A stretch of 62,116 bases of DNA, the filler included, from Chiloscyllium plagiosum (taxonomy: Eukaryota), in assembly GCF_004010195.1 (NCBI RefSeq). It is 4 parts of one record of this genome, joined end to end, with 100 filler letters (N's around TTAATTAATTAA, not from the genome) between each part and the next. Parts side by side here need not be neighbours in the genome. Positions count along the whole stretch, not along the records: positions 1 to 17,123 come from NC_057714.1; 3 more parts are not named here. One strand, written 5' to 3'. A program made the position numbers and the translations under genes. The notes beneath the pieces are model-generated. The model saw only the letters and a program-made list of their open reading frames with translations, was not told where the DNA came from and did not search any database. The first letter of the stretch is position 1, and the number at the start of each line of letters is the position of its first letter. Shown here piece after piece: positions 1-13,345 of this stretch.

Positions 1-98
1 TTCTCCTGCTCCTCGGATGCTGCCTGGCCTGCTGTGTTTTTCCAGCACCACATTTTTCAACTCTGGTACTCCAGCATCTGCAGTCCTCACTTTCTCCA
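1..98 (+). mobile_element. Penelope-derived terminal repeat fragment
   Basis: Same sequence as the repeat end at about 39258-39341 (ggatgctgc...tccagcacc...ctgcagtcctcactttctcc). Confidence 0.6.
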
Positions 99-99
99 A

Positions 100-562
100 G
101 GTTGAGGGACGACCTGATTGAGATGCATAAGATTGTGAGAGACATGGACAGGGTTTTGAAGGAAGGTCACTGGACTCAACATTAACTCTGCTTTCTCTCC
201 AAAGATGCAGCCAAACCCACTGCGTTTCTCCAGCAATTTCAGTTTTTGAATGGCTAGCAGCTGTTTCCCTTAGTCATAGGGTTAATATCGAGAGGACAAA
301 ATTTTAAAGTGAAAGGCAGGAGGTTTAGAGAAGATTTGAGAAAAATCTTTTTCTCGTAGCAGGAGTCTGGAATGCACTGCCTGAGAGGGTAGTTGAGGTG
401 GGAAACCTCACAATCTTTAAAAAGTACTAGAATGAACATTGAGATTTCAAGGTTAAGGGTTTAGTGTGGGAAAGTGGGATGAGTGTGGATAGTAGAGTAA
501 TTTTGGTGGTAGATACTCAATGGGTTGAAGGGCCTCTTCAATAATGTATGATTCTATGGTTC
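100..562 (+). mobile_element. Decayed CR1 LINE 3' end, interrupted by a short Penelope-derived repeat (about 155-250)
   Basis: aggttgaggg..gacctgattgag, tggaatgcactgcctgagagggt and a tatgattctatg tail, as in the other CR1 3' ends in the window. Confidence 0.6.
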
Positions 563-924
563 TGAAGGTGCCAACACAGAGTGCACAGGCTCTATAACAA
601 CAGGAAGATTCTGTACTCACTGAAAGTGAAGATTTCCTATGATACCCATCCAGGGACAGTGTGGATCATTGAATGGTATACAGGAAGCTGCTATGATGCA
701 TTTATGCTAAGGCCTCAGTCAGCAGCTGACCATTCAAAGTTGAAAAGCCAATAAATGGAGAGACTTTGAAGGACAATGTCTACAACCTTATGCCATAGTT
801 AATGACATCATTCCATGTCACATGTCATAAAGCAGAGGATAATTACAGTTAAGCCTGTGTAGTGACCAGTAGATCATGGAGAGGATTGTAGAAGTTCTGA
901 AAGGCTTGTTCTCATTTTTTTTTG

Positions 925-1140
925 AGAAGATTTGTAGCTCAGATTGAGGTTCTGGATGTAAGTTTGCTCGCTGAGCTGGAAGGTTCATTTTCAGATGTTT
1001 CATCACCATACTAGGTAACATCTTCAGTGCGCCTCTGGACAAAGCCTTTGTTTGGAGGCTCACTGAAGATGTTGCTAAGTATGGTGATGAAACGTCTGAA
1101 AATTAACCTTGCAGCTCAGCGAGCAAGCCTACTTCCAGCT
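925..1140. mobile_element. Palindromic Penelope-derived short element; each arm carries a hammerhead-like core
   Basis: About 951-1035 is an imperfect inverted repeat of about 1055-1138. CTGAAGA...GAAACGTC starts at 1063. Confidence 0.6.
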
Positions 1141-2311
1141 GATTCTCATGCTTGATCAAGACAAGGAGCATGTGGGAGTATGTGCCAGAGTGACTGACTG
1201 CCCACTTTATGATTTTGCTTGACAATGACTCAGTCTGGACTGCAGACGAGGAGATCATTGACTACAGAATATCCTGAACATGAAGCTGTACAGCCCATGG
1301 ATAATGTCAGCTCAGATGTGAAGGTGCCTGTAATGTCAGAGGGCAGCTGGTGACATAGATCTTTGGCATTAGGCTTACAGCAACCAGCTAGTCCATCTCC
1401 TCCACATGCCACTGAAGATAGTCTGAACCCAATACTAAACTCATGACAAATTATCAGCCTGTTTAGCCTCAATGCGACAATGGCTTTGCCATCACTTGTT
1501 TTAAGAAAATCTTCACCAAATGAGTACAGTACATCCTTTCCTATGTGACTGAACTCCGTAATTACCAAACCAGAGAACATTCGGAAGAAAATAAAGATCA
1601 GCAATGTACAAGGAGGTTGAATCTCCTTGAGTGAGTAAACACAAAATAGGTGGATACTCAGCCTGAATACATTAATGACAAAATACAAAGCTATCACCAT
1701 CCATCAGAATAAATGCACATTGAACCTTAACACTGAAATTCTCAGAGAAAAACAGGTTTCCATCAATAACATGACAGAATAAGTGCACAATTCTTATACA
1801 GCTGCAATAATGCATAAAACAACCTTCATAAATAACCAACCATGAGTAAACTGGCACTATCAATTTTTATATCTGAACAACTATCCTATTTTTTGCTAAC
1901 ACCCATTTATCAACTCGTACCCAAATGTCGGTCTTTTATCATCTTATTCCTTCAGGGAGGATGTGGACTTTCTGATTGTGCCTGCATTTACTGCCCATCC
2001 CTTACTGTCCTTGAGAATTTGGTGGTGAGATGCCTCCTTCAACTGTTGCAGTCCATTTGATGTAGGAACAACCACAATCCTGAGTGAGGGAGCTCAGAGT
2101 TTGACTCAGCAACATGATATGGTTCCATGTCAGAATGGTGAGTGGCTTGGAGGGGAATATGGGTGGTGTTCCCATTTATCTGCTGCTCATGCCCTTCCAG
2201 ATGGCAGTGGTTGTGGGTTTGGAAAGTGCTGTCTAAACAGCTTTGGTGATTTTCTGCAGTGTATCTTGTTGGTGCAGAATAAAAATTGAAAGAACTGTGG
2301 ATGCTGTAAAT

Positions 2312-2508
2312 CAGAAACAAAACAGTAGTTGCTGGAAAAGCTCAGCAGGTCTGGCAGCATCTGTGGAGAGAGATCAGAGTTGACCTTTTGGGTCCAGTGA
2401 GGAAGAGTTCATTCTGAGGAAGGGTCACCAGACTTGAAACATCAACTCTGATTTCTCTGCTCAGATGTTGTCAGACCTGCAGAGTTTTTCCAGCAACTAT
2501 TGTTTTTG
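2312..2508. mobile_element. Palindromic short element, probably Penelope-derived
   Basis: Inverted arms gttgctggaaaagctcagcaggtctg / cagacctgcagagtttttccagcaac. Related copies lie at about 34020 and 59665. Confidence 0.55.
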
Positions 2509-2714
2509 TTGTTGGTGGTAAACTCTACTGCTATTGAGTATCAGTAATAGAGGGAATGGATATTCGTGAATGTGGTGTCAATCAATGGGCTGCTTTGTCC
2601 TGGTTAGTGTCAAGCTTCTTCGGTATTGTTGGAATTATTTTACTGCTGCATCTGACAATGCCTTGAAGGTCAGGAAAATGGGAAAGTATTGTTTAGTGCG
2701 GGGCTTAAGGGTTC

Positions 2715-2960
2715 TGGGGTTGAGACGACTCTTTAGCCAGATAGTGGTGAATCTGTGGAATTCAATGCCACAGAAGTCTATGAAGACTAGGTCATTGAGT
2801 ATATTTAAGACTGAGTTAGATAGGCTCTTGTGCACCAAGGGGATCAAATGTTATAGGGAGAAAGCGGAAGAATGACAATCTTGTCACCCATGATTGAATG
2901 ATGGACCAGACACAATGGGCTGAATGGCCTAATTTCTATTCCTACGTCTTAAGGTCTTAT
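2715..2960 (+). mobile_element. CR1 LINE 3' fragment
   Basis: Translates FSQIVVNLWNSMPQK...FKTELDRLL, the CR1 ORF2 C-terminus, followed by 3' UTR. Confidence 0.7.
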
Positions 2961-3237
2961 GATTGACTCATAGCAGTCAGCCCTCAGCATGGAGGAGCTG
3001 CTGGTTGCATTGTGGACTGACTCCAGAGCACCCTGGTCTCACCTCTTACATTCTAATGAAGAGGGCCAGAGTCCTGGTAAGTGCGGATATTCTAAGAAAC
3101 AGCCTCAATAAATAAATGGTGTTTGATTCCAATAAGCTTAAAAAGAACTATATCTGTCTGTGCACTGGCTGATCATAATACTTAGGTCTCTGGAATAAAC
3201 GAAACTGCTTTTTAAAGGTAAAAGAAACCTTAATATA

Positions 3238-3490
3238 TGCGTGGGTTTCCTCCAGGTACTCCACTTTACTCCAACAGTCCAAAGATGTGCAGGTTGGGTG
3301 GATTGGCCATGCAAAGTTGCCCATAGCATCCAGGGATACGTGGGATAGGTGGATTAGCCATAGGAAATGCAGGATTACAGTGATAGGGTAGGGTTGTTGG
3401 GTTTTGGTGAAATGGTCTTCAGCGGGTCGATGTAGAGTTGATGGGCTGAATGGCCTGCTTCCACATTATAGTAATTCTATGATTCTATGA
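3238..3490 (+). mobile_element. HE1/V-SINE-type SINE, 5'-truncated
   Basis: gcgtgggtttcctcc...aaagatgtgcaggtt core with a CR1-like ttctatgattctatg tail. Confidence 0.7.
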
Positions 3491-3688
3491 AACAGTTACA
3501 CGTGAGGGGAGTGTTATAGTTTGTGATTCAGAATAAATTAATTGCCCTAGAACTTTAGAAATTAACATTGTGAATATATAACTTGCTAGAAATTGCCTGC
3601 AAAAACAATTAAAGGGCTTAAAAGCTATATTATAGCATCAAACTCCCTTTGTGTTGTGGATAGAGTTTTATAAAATAGCACATCTTAC

Positions 3689-3848
3689 CAATCTGTAGTT
3701 CCGGATTTTTTTCATACATGCACCAATCCACATTGCAGTCACAGTGAGACTTTTCAAATAAGTTGTCCAGAACTTCTCTCACAGTCTGTCTTTCATCAAC
3801 CATCAGTGTTTTACTGCTGCTATCATTCATGAGGACCTTAACAACCAG
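3689..3848 (-). CDS. APBB1IP: APBB1IP coding exon (160 nt): N-terminal half of the Ras-association domain
   Basis: Acceptor ttttttccatcag, donor G|gtaaga. LVVKVLMNDSSSKTLMVDERQTVREVLDNLFEKSHCDCNVDWCMYEKNPELQI. LFEK and HCDCNVDW favour RIAM over lamellipodin/RAPH1. Confidence 0.95.
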
Positions 3849-3944
3849 CTGATGGAAAAAACAAGGATTACAATAGAACACTTAAATGACCGAAAAGACA
3901 ATTAGTTACAATTCCTTGTAATTTAGAATGCCAAAAAATGATCT

Positions 3945-4248
3945 GATTAGATTACTTACAGTGTGGAAACAGGCCCTTTGGCCCAATAAATCCACACCAA
4001 CCCTCCGAAGAGCAACCCACCAAGACCCATTCCCCTACATTTACCCCTTCACCTAACTCTACGGGCAATTTAGCAAGGCCAATTCACCTAACCTGCACAT
4101 TTTTGGACTGTGGGAGGAAACCAGAGCACCTAGAGGAAACCCACGCAGACACGGGGAGAATGTGCAAACTCCACACAGACAGTTGCCCAAGGCGGGAATT
4201 GAACCTGGGTCTTTGGCACTGTAAGGCAGCAGTGCTAACCACCGTGCC
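3945..4248 (-). mobile_element. HE1-type tRNA-derived SINE
   Basis: Reverse complement of the family at 34199-34513: tRNA-like head, V-like core and (taatc)n tail. Confidence 0.85.
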
Positions 4249-4492
4249 TGAAAGCTCTAACCAAAGCTTTGAAGGGAAACTCTTGAGCAAATAGAGATAA
4301 ACAATTTTTGCCAGTTGCAGAACCTAGGACTAAGGGACATCAACCAAAACATTAGGGAAAGATCTTTTGGAAGTTAGGAGACACTATACTTGTGAAAGGT
4401 GAGCAAGTTTAGAACTCTTTTTTGAATTTAGCAGTAGATGCTAGATCATTTATTAATTGTAAATCTGAGGTTAGTAAATTGGTGTTAAGAAA

Positions 4493-5315
4493 TATGAGGT
4501 TGGCTGTGATTGGCTAAAAGTTCCTGATTGATAGGACACCTATCATCAGGAATATCAATTAAGGGAAAAGTATGATTATGGTCACTGATGAGGTCTCCAC
4601 TGTGGCACTAATGGAAGATCCTCCCTAGTTCACTGACTGATAGAACGACCCCAATCAATCAAGTAGAATCTGATTCAGAAATGCTGAACAAAAAGGAAAA
4701 GAGCCCCGTAGAGACGGAGAGAGAGATAGACAGAGAGAGAGAGAGAAAGAGAGAGAGGTGGGAAAACAGCAGGTGCTGTGGACATCAAGGGAAAAGATAA
4801 TTCCCTATTAGGGAATTCTGGTGGGATCTCATTTTCTGCTTTAAGAGATCGGAACTGTTGGAAATTAAAAACATTGGAAGATCCTCTCTGCTGAGGTTGA
4901 CAAAAGGAATTGCTGTGGTGCACCTTGTTGGACATCAGTTCTCAGATTCTCAAAGGATTAAAAGAAGCAACTTTTGACACACAGTAGCCATTACAACTCA
5001 ATGAAGCCAAAACAAACAGACCTGTTGGAAACGGGCAGAAGTGTTGGATGCTTCTGGTAAGGATAACAATTCTGTGGAGAGATTTGTATTGTGGTATATT
5101 GTATGCAGTTTGCATGGGGTGTTTGGCCATTTTAAGTGGGATAACTTTTCTTCAATTTGTTATGTTAATTTCCTACTATGCAATGTTTAATCAATATTGA
5201 TTTTTGTTTGTTACAGTATAAGTCTTAAAACATAAGATCTAGTGTGATCCCTTGAGTTGGTCACAGGAATTCAAAACTCTGACTAAAAGAATTATGTATC
5301 GTTGGGATCATAACA
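4493..5315 (+). mobile_element. Possible decayed solo LTR
   Basis: Ends in gggatcataaCA, with CCAAT-like boxes and a (GA)n tract. The 5' boundary is uncertain and I could not verify a target-site duplication. Confidence 0.3.
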
Positions 5316-7189
5316 GGATCTTATTTAAGTTCTTTATAAATGCATTTCTGATTTCATTTGATAGTATACAGAGCAAATTACTCTCTACTTCAGGGGGATT
5401 GTAGCATGGTGGTAACTTCACAGGAATATAAAACCTTTAGCACTGATAGTTGCTTGGTCTGCAGAGGGAAGCCAGCTTTGCTGACAATAAGAAGCCTCTC
5501 TACATGTAGCAGAACAATTGCATAATTATATATGGCAAAACCAGACCTAACTGGGTCCTTAATTAGTTTAATTCACTGCTCCTCCTCAATGATCTGGGAA
5601 CATGCACATGGGCTGCAGCAATTCAACAACATAGTTCACCACCATCTCAAGGGCTACTAGGGATGGGTAATAAATGTTGGCTCAATCAGCAACACCCATG
5701 TCCCACACGCGAATTTTAAAAAAAGCTGATCATCATTTCCATAATCTACAGGAAGCTTTACCGACAATGGAAATGCATCGGGGAACTCTCCTGAAACAAT
5801 TCCCTCTATTTACCTAGTTCCCTGTCTCCAAACTTGGGGCAGAACAAAATTGAATGAATGGATTTGGTTTCCCAACACTTAATCAGAGTAAACTTCTCCT
5901 CATCGAATGCAATAGGAAATGGTAGACAGGCCACCTGTTCCAAGATTCCTGCCGGTGAAGCTTTTGAGGAAGTTAACCGGAAGTACACAAGGGCAGCAGC
6001 CCAGGTTAGTTTGACCTTTGGTTCTGTTCTTTGCTGTTTGTTGGGGGAAGTGCCTTATTTCCTCCAGATGGTCTGAGGAGGAACAAGACATGTCCCTACA
6101 TACATTGTGGCAGCGTGCAGAACACAAAGACAATGGCAACAACAAGTAAATCACACATTCTTCTTTTGAGTAGAGAATTAGTTACTATAAGTAACTGGGA
6201 AAACCAAATTGCCATGTCTTCCATTATTAACTAGTTTGTTTTCCTTTTACTCACTCATTAAAGTAATAAAATAAAGGAAAGTTTAATGATTTCTAAGGAT
6301 TCATAGGTATTTTTCAGCCTCTGTTAACAAATTAAGTTTAAATAATAAATCACAGTAGACCCCTGAATAATAGGTACGATTACATAGCAGTTATACAAAG
6401 TTTACACAGATACATCCTTCTCAGTCCGACCCCTACCAGATCCAGCAAACCATCCAGAAAGATGTTCCAACTCACAGGGGATTTTGTAACCATGAGAAAT
6501 GGGTGATTTTGAGACAGGAGGGAGGATAAATGTTAAAAGTCTAAATCATGGCACTACCTCACCTACTTTCAGTTTTCATAGTGACATGGGCAAGGAGTTA
6601 AAGGTTATTGGGAATAGACAGGAACATAGACTGGAGGTTAAAATTAGATCAGCCATAACCTTACTGAATGACAGAGCAGGTTTGAAAGGCTGAATGCCTA
6701 CTCTTGTTATTGTTTTCGTCTGACAACTTTCCATGGTGCAGGCAGCCAATACGCTGGGTATAAACATTAAATCCAATTTTGACAGTGAGCCAGTATTTGG
6801 CCAACAGTAGATTGGGTCCTCACCATGTGCGGAGACTGCTGTCTCTATGGAGACTACTGTCCTGTGTCAGGCCAGGAATCATCAGGGTCAAAGGCTCCAT
6901 GCCCCACAGAAGGTGGGCAGGCACAAAGGAATGCAAGTGTGGAACATTCAATGTACCCAGAGGTGTCTCCCCACCACTCTGAGGGCCTCAGCTGCTTTGC
7001 CTCTCAGGACATTAACTTCTCACTTTGAGGGCTTGAAGTTCTATTGATATAATGTGGAGTCTTTGCCATGAGTTGGCGAAGTGCTTTAAAATTTAATTGC
7101 AAAATTTGGCAAGTTGTGATTTGGCCCCTGACCTTTGAGTTGAGTCTAGTATTGTTATCACTGCAAAACTACATATGTAAACTACTGAC

Positions 7190-7267
7190 CTTTTTAACCT
7201 TTGCCTCTTTCAGCTTTTCCAAAGCCAGTTTGATTTTATCAGCTTTTGCCCGGGCCTCTTTTTCTTC
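7190..7267 (-). CDS. APBB1IP: APBB1IP coding exon (78 nt): coiled coil EEKEARAKADKIKLALEKLKEAKVKK
   Basis: Acceptor ttctgttttacag, donor AAG|gtcagt. Nearly identical to the RIAM coiled coil before the RA domain. Confidence 0.95.
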
Positions 7268-7319
7268 CTGTAAAACAGAAGAATCCTTAGAATTTATGGA
7301 AACAATTCTTGGTTAGTAC

Positions 7320-7605
7320 TGAGATGGAGAGTGATGGCAGAAAGCTGCTGCATTGTGGGATTTGGGAGTCCTCGTATATAAATCTGCACAGTTAGCAGGT
7401 AATAGGGAAGGCAAATGGAATGTTGGCCCTTTTTTAAAAGGAATAAAACATATGAATAGGGACGTCTTGCTAAAACTATACAAGGCATGAGTCAGACCAC
7501 AGCTGGAATGCTATGCACTGTTTAGGTCCCCTTATCGAAGGAAAGACATACTGGCATTGGAGGCAGTGTGGAGGAAGTTCACTCGGTTGATCCCAGGCTT
7601 GAGGG
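7320..7605 (+). mobile_element. Decayed CR1 RT fragment
   Basis: gcaaatggaatgttggcc...ctatacaaggca...agaccacagctggaat matches the CR1 RT C-terminal region. Confidence 0.65.
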
Positions 7606-7609
7606 ATTT

Positions 7610-9330
7610 CCCCAATCCTCTCAATCACCAGCCTCACCCCCAGTCCTCCCAATCACCAGCCTCGCCCTCAGTCCGCCCAATCACCAGCCTCGCCCTCATC
7701 CCTCTCAATCACCAGCCTCACCCCCAGTCCTTTTAATCACCAGCCTTGCCCCCAGTGCTCGCAATCACAAACCTCATGCTCAGTCCACTCAATCACCAGC
7801 CCCACCCTCAGTCCTCCCAATCACCAGCCTTGCCCCCAGTCCTCGCAATCACAAACCTCATGCTCAGTCCACTCAATCACGAGCCTCACCCTCAGTCCTC
7901 TCAATCACCAGCCTCGCCCCCCAGTCCTCTCAATCACCAGCCTCACCCTCAGTCCTCTCAATCACCAGCCTCGCCCNNNNNNNNNNNNNNNNNNNNNNNN
8001 NNNNNNNNNNNNNNNNNNNNNNNNNNNNNNNNNNNNNNNNNNNNNNNNNNNNNNNNNNNNNNNNNNNNNNNNNNNNNNNNNNNNNNNNNNNNNNNNNNNN
8101 NNNNNNNNNNNNNNNNNNNNNNNNNNNNNNNNNNNNNNNNNNNNNNNNNNNNNNNNNNNNNNNNNNNNNNNNNNNNNNNNNNNNNNNNNNNNNNNNNNNN
8201 NNNNNNNNNNNNNNNNNNNNNNNNNNNNNNNNNNNNNNNNNNNNNNNNNNNNNNNNNNNNNNNNNNNNNNNNNNNNNNNNNNNNNNNNNNNNNNNNNNNN
8301 NNNNNNNNNNNNNNNNNNNNNNNNNNNNNNNNNNNNNNNNNNNNNNNNNNNNNNNNNNNNNNNNNNNNNNNNNNNNNNNNNNNNNNNNNNNNNNNNNNNN
8401 NNNNNNNNNNNNNNNNNNNNNNNNNNNNNNNNNNNNNNNNNNNNNNNNNNNNNNNNNNNNNNNNNNNNNNNNNNNNNNNNNNNNNNNNNNNNNNNNNNNN
8501 NNNNNNNNNNNNNNNNNNNNNNNNNNNNNNNNNNNNNNNNNNNNNNNNNNNNNNNNNNNNNNNNNNNNNNNNNNNNNNNNNNNNNNNNNNNAGCCTCACC
8601 CTCAGTCCTCCCAATCACCAGCCTCACTGCCTGTCCCCCCAATCACCAGCCTTGCTCCCACTCAATCACCAGCCTCGCCCCCAGTCCTCCCAATCACCAG
8701 CCACATCCCCAGTCCTTCCAATCACCAGCCTCACCCCCCAGTCCTCTCAATCATCAGCTTCACCCTCAGTCCTCTCAATCACTGACATTCTCTCCCAATC
8801 CTCTCAATTACCAGCCACACCCCCAGTCCACCCAATCACCGGTGTTACCCCCAGTCCTCCCAATCACCAGCCACATCCCCAGTCCTTCCAATCACCAGCC
8901 TCACCCCCCAGTCCTCTCAATCATCAGCTTCACCCTCAGTCCTCTCAATCACTGACATTCTCTCCCAATCCTCTCAATTACCAGCCACACCCCCAGTCCA
9001 CCCAATCACCGGTGTTACCCCCAGTCCTCCCAATCACCAGCCACATCCCCAGTCCTTCCAATCACCAGCCTCACCCCCCAGTCCTCTCAATCATCAGCTT
9101 CACCCTCAGTCCTCTCAATCACTGACATTCTCTCCCAATCCTCTCAATTACCAGCCACACCCCCAGTCCACCCAATCACCGGTGTTACCCCCAGTCCTCC
9201 CAATCACCAGCCTTGTCCTCCGTCCTCCCTATCATCAGCCTCACCCCCAGTCCTCTCAATCAACGACCTTGTCTCCCAATCCTCTCATTTACAGACGTCT
9301 CACCCAGTCCTCAATTACTAGCCTTCTCCA
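7610..9330. repeat. About 28-bp C-rich minisatellite (CAGTCCTCTCAATCACCAGCCTCACCCC) with a 170-bp higher-order repeat; spans gap 7977-8591
   Basis: Tandem units are directly visible. Three identical 170-bp blocks start at 8681, 8851 and 9021. Confidence 0.95.
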
Positions 9331-11146
9331 GTTGTCTTGATCATCAAACATTACTCCCCTGCCCTCATCTCTGAGACCTCTCCATCATCAGCCTTCCCAT
9401 TTCTTTCAATCGTTCACCACACCTGGAAAAATAACAGTTTATTGAACTCGTATTAATATATTAGTGATAAATTAGCAATGATGAATGGACAGCAGCAGAC
9501 AGTGGAGATAAGTAAGACACTTGGCAGTTTTACTTAGCAGATTACTACAATGATCAGTCGGGATATCTTTGTTATTAGCCCCTATACTGAAGATGGCCAA
9601 AGGTAATGTTTTTGCCACTGTTTTTCGGTTAGGGTATGCCATAAGGAAAAATGTATTAATTGTGAACAATTTTGAAAATTTTAAAATATCTGTTAATATT
9701 GAAATATTGGGTTACTGACTTCCAACTCACTGACAATGCCTCAGACCAACCTACATTTAACAACCTGCTCTGAAAACTCTGCTCACATCTTGATAGCTGA
9801 AGTAAGTTACACTGTAGCAGTTAAGTCAATCTGCAGCATTTTAAAAGGGAGTCAATTTTCTGTATCTTCACAGCACAAATCCAAACACCAGCAACGTCAA
9901 CTCTGTGCTTCTGTTTCCACATATGCAATGTGCAAATGTGACAAAGAAAATATAAAACCACAATCCTGGTTTTAAATTTTAAATCTGAAAAAGATACATA
10001 GAAAGGATACTGCAAGTACAAAATGTCTACAGTCAATTTAACCTGCCAGTATGTTGCACGATTTAAACTGGATACCGTTTCATTCTGTTACTATTAATGT
10101 GATTTGACTTTATTTTAAGGAATCATAAAATGATGCAGCATAGAAGGAGGTCGTTCAGCCCATCATGCCTATCTTGGCTCTCTGAAAGTGGTATCGTCAG
10201 ACCCAATCTCTCAATCTGACCCCATAGCTCTGCTAATGCTTTCATTTCAAACATTTGTTCAATTTTATTTTGAAGGTTATTATTGAATAATTTCAACCCT
10301 CTTTTTAAACAAGACAGTGCAGATCTCAATTTCCTTTTTCCTCATGTTACCTCTGAGTGTTCAGCAATTCTTGTATCATGAATTCGAGTTCTTTGATTAC
10401 AAAGAGTTCTGTCTTTGGAAACAATTTCTTCTCACTTACTATAGAAGGATCTTCTATCATTTTGAACAGCTTTTATACATCTGTCTTTAACTTCTTTAAG
10501 GAGAACAACACTAATTTCCTTACATTTACTTGACTGTAGTCTTTCTTCCCTGGGCTCATTCTCAAAATCTTCTCTAATTCCTCTATTAAGGACTTTCCTC
10601 TCTAAGCCGCAATGTTCCAGCTTGAGCCATTTCAGCCATCAAATGGACCCCTTCTGTTTTGCAAGATGGTAAATGTCTTGCCAGGCTTTTCACCATGGCA
10701 ACACAATCTCTTTAAGCTTCTTTGCATAATCACTAATATGAGGCATACAATTAACTATCAGAATTGAAACTGTAAATCTCTGTTTTAAGTAATCAAACAC
10801 TTGTTTTACTGTAACTCCAAAGCTTTGTCAGGGCATTAATACAGGAAGTTTGTTCCCAACAACAAACACAATCATAAATGTTACTGTAGTCAGCAAAACT
10901 CCACGTATGTCCTTAGCTACAAGAAATACAACTTCTCCCTTCTTTGTAATTATATAATTTCCTCACCTAGTTCCTTCTTCTTTTACCTCCTCAACTCTTG
11001 AATATGTTGATTTGTGCTGAACTACAGCTTTGTAGGCACAGAACACCTTTCAGGATTGTCTTCATTATCAGGGTAGATAGCAAGCGTTAGCATTTTTCAA
11101 TGCATTATCAAAGTGTTATTATTTTCTTGGAAATTGGAACTCTTAC

Positions 11147-11454
11147 CTCTGTCAATGGTTCTGGAGGTTCCAGAGGTGGTGGTGGTGGAAGTGACACAGA
11201 AGCTGAAGCGGTAGGCAGAAACATGTCAGGTGGAGGTGGCGGGAAATCTAGGCTTGGTTGCTCTGCATATCCTCTTTGTGAAGCTGAGGGAATCGTTGAA
11301 AAATTCGGCATTGTATTGGCAGCTGAAACTGGGGTGGCTTGAGATGTAGCTGTCATGGCTCTTGCATTGCAGACTTGCTCTGTCTGATTGATGTCCTCCA
11401 TTAGGTCTGCCATTAAGGCATCCAAGTCGGTGTCTTCCAGTGAATTGAGAGACT
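11147..11454 (-). CDS. APBB1IP: APBB1IP coding exon (308 nt): talin-binding site 2 (ESLNSLEDTDLDALMADL) and Pro-rich region (DFPPPPP, LPPPPP)
   Basis: Acceptor cattccgctag, donor GAG|gtaaga. 2 nt + 102 codons with an open frame. DLDALMADL and FPPPP motifs are typical of MRL proteins. Confidence 0.93.
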
Positions 11455-12989
11455 CTAGCGGAATGAATTTACAAAACTAAAATTAAATGGTACTACAAAG
11501 GACAAAGCAACTGCAAACTTAAGATTGTTTTAATAAAAAGCATATTCTGGTCAGCAGAATGGAATGCAGCATTGGTTTACTTTCTACTCACCTCCTGCAC
11601 CTTGGCTCGAACCCAGCCTTGAAAGTCTTCTCTGCCTACCAGATGGAAGGGTTCTATGTGAAATGATGGTGAGTGGGATTAATTCCGTCAGCCCTTTCAA
11701 AGGATAGGCATGACTGAAGGCTGAAAGACCTTTTCCTCAGTTGTGAGAGTTTCTGGGCTGGATTTTACAGAATTCTCAGTGATGTGTTTGGAGGAGGGTG
11801 GCCTGTGAAATGCCAAATTTTCTGTGTCTAACATCTACCTGACCCCACTGTCTCGCTGCAATGTTCCCAGTGATGACCCAGTGTTGGGCCACCTGCCATA
11901 TAGCAATTTGGGCCATTAATTAGCCAATCAATAGCCTTATCCCACCAATTCTGGAATTTAACTTATGCAGGGAGAGGGCCATGCCAAGTGCCCAGCCTTG
12001 TAGCTTTTTCATTGTGGGGGCTGGTCACAGACAAGAAGGGTTACCTTCTTCATTGGTACTCTGGGCCTAATTGAGAACCCTTGAAGGTCTTCCTTCACCT
12101 ACTCCTGGTTATCTTTCACCATCTGGTCTTGGGAAGGATGGGGGTGTCCTGGCACAGTGAAGAATCCAGCCATATAATTCTGTTTGAAGCACAATTCTGA
12201 ATGAGTGACAGTACAAAACTGAAACTTTGGTCTTGAAAGTCACTGTAACTGGCTTTGGGTACAAAACTGAAGACATGCTTCTACCCACAAGCTCAAACCG
12301 GAAGGTTCAAGCCTTGGTGGAAAGTGGAAAAGTGTGACAAGTTGCCTGTGCCGATCATTTTTCCAAAGGTTTTTTTTCTGTTTTCCTCAATTCTTTAAGT
12401 TGTTTTACTATGGTAAAGGATCGTCGTTTAGATGAGGGGCTCTCTGTGGTTTTAGGTTTCTTTAGGAATGTGGATCTGTGAAGCATTGTGAGGCCTGCTC
12501 AACTCATTATTCTGAAGCAGCTGGCAAGTGAAGAGAATTAATTTTCAAAAACTACTCCTTAGCTAGGAGGAGCACAAATGTTTATTCTAGTCTCACAGCT
12601 GGAGTGATAGTTGGCTGCTTTTACTGTGGGTACTAAAGCTGAGTTAAGCCTCTCAGCAAACTAGACAATGAGCATAAATCATAGTCAACCATAACTGATA
12701 CTACATGATGATATTGTCTTAACATACAGACAATGGATGTAAACCACTCCAGATGTAATTCTGTCGCAAATACAATTTTAAAATAAATGGGAAAACATGT
12801 GTCATACTTCACAATCTCACCCACGTCATTATGGATATCTAAAAATAACTGAGCTGATATTCTAATCAAAGACAATATTCAATAACAAGACACGGGTTTT
12901 GGCACATTTCCATAGCTTCATTAGTCATTTTCACAAATATGATAATGATGAGTGGTCATTTATAAGTACCTTATATGAAGATTTGCTAA

Positions 12990-13345
12990 TAATATCAAGT
13001 GACACAGTGGGGAATGTAAATGGGAACATTGCAAAGGTCCTATGATATATTAGTGAGTGTGAAAAGCTATGGCAAATTGACTTCAGCATGGGGAAAAGTA
13101 TGATCATTAACTTTGGACTGAAGAAAGATAGATCACAATATTTCCTTAATGGTGAGAAGCTTAAAAACTATGTCGCAGGAAGATTTAGGTTCTATAAATT
13201 ATTTAAAATAAATGGATTTTTACAAATCTAAGGCTAATGAAATGCTAACTTGCGTTACAAGGAAGCTGGAATGCAAAGGATGCAAGTTATAGTATAGCTA
13301 TATCAGGTTCTGGTTAGACCCTATTTAGAACACTGTTTTCAGTTC
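12990..13345 (+). mobile_element. Old, decayed CR1 RT fragment
   Basis: tttgct(g)at(g)a..., aaggctaatgaaatgct and ctggttagacccta...gttttcagttctg resemble the CR1 RT seen at 23130-23530. Confidence 0.5.

Noticed and set aside
1230..1700. 156-aa minus-strand ORF as the next APBB1IP exon
   Set aside because: It lacks the expected ERxFEDHE...W RA-domain continuation and starts at a non-ATG codon. It is probably a chance ORF.
3689..3848. Assignment to RAPH1 (lamellipodin) or the GRB7/10/14 family
   Set aside because: HCDCNVDW, LFEK, AKADKIKLALEKLKEAKVKK and SLGVDT match RIAM better than its paralogues.
7568..9125. 405-aa and 459-aa Pro/Ser-rich mucin-like ORFs
   Set aside because: They are a minisatellite read through an N gap, antisense within an APBB1IP intron.
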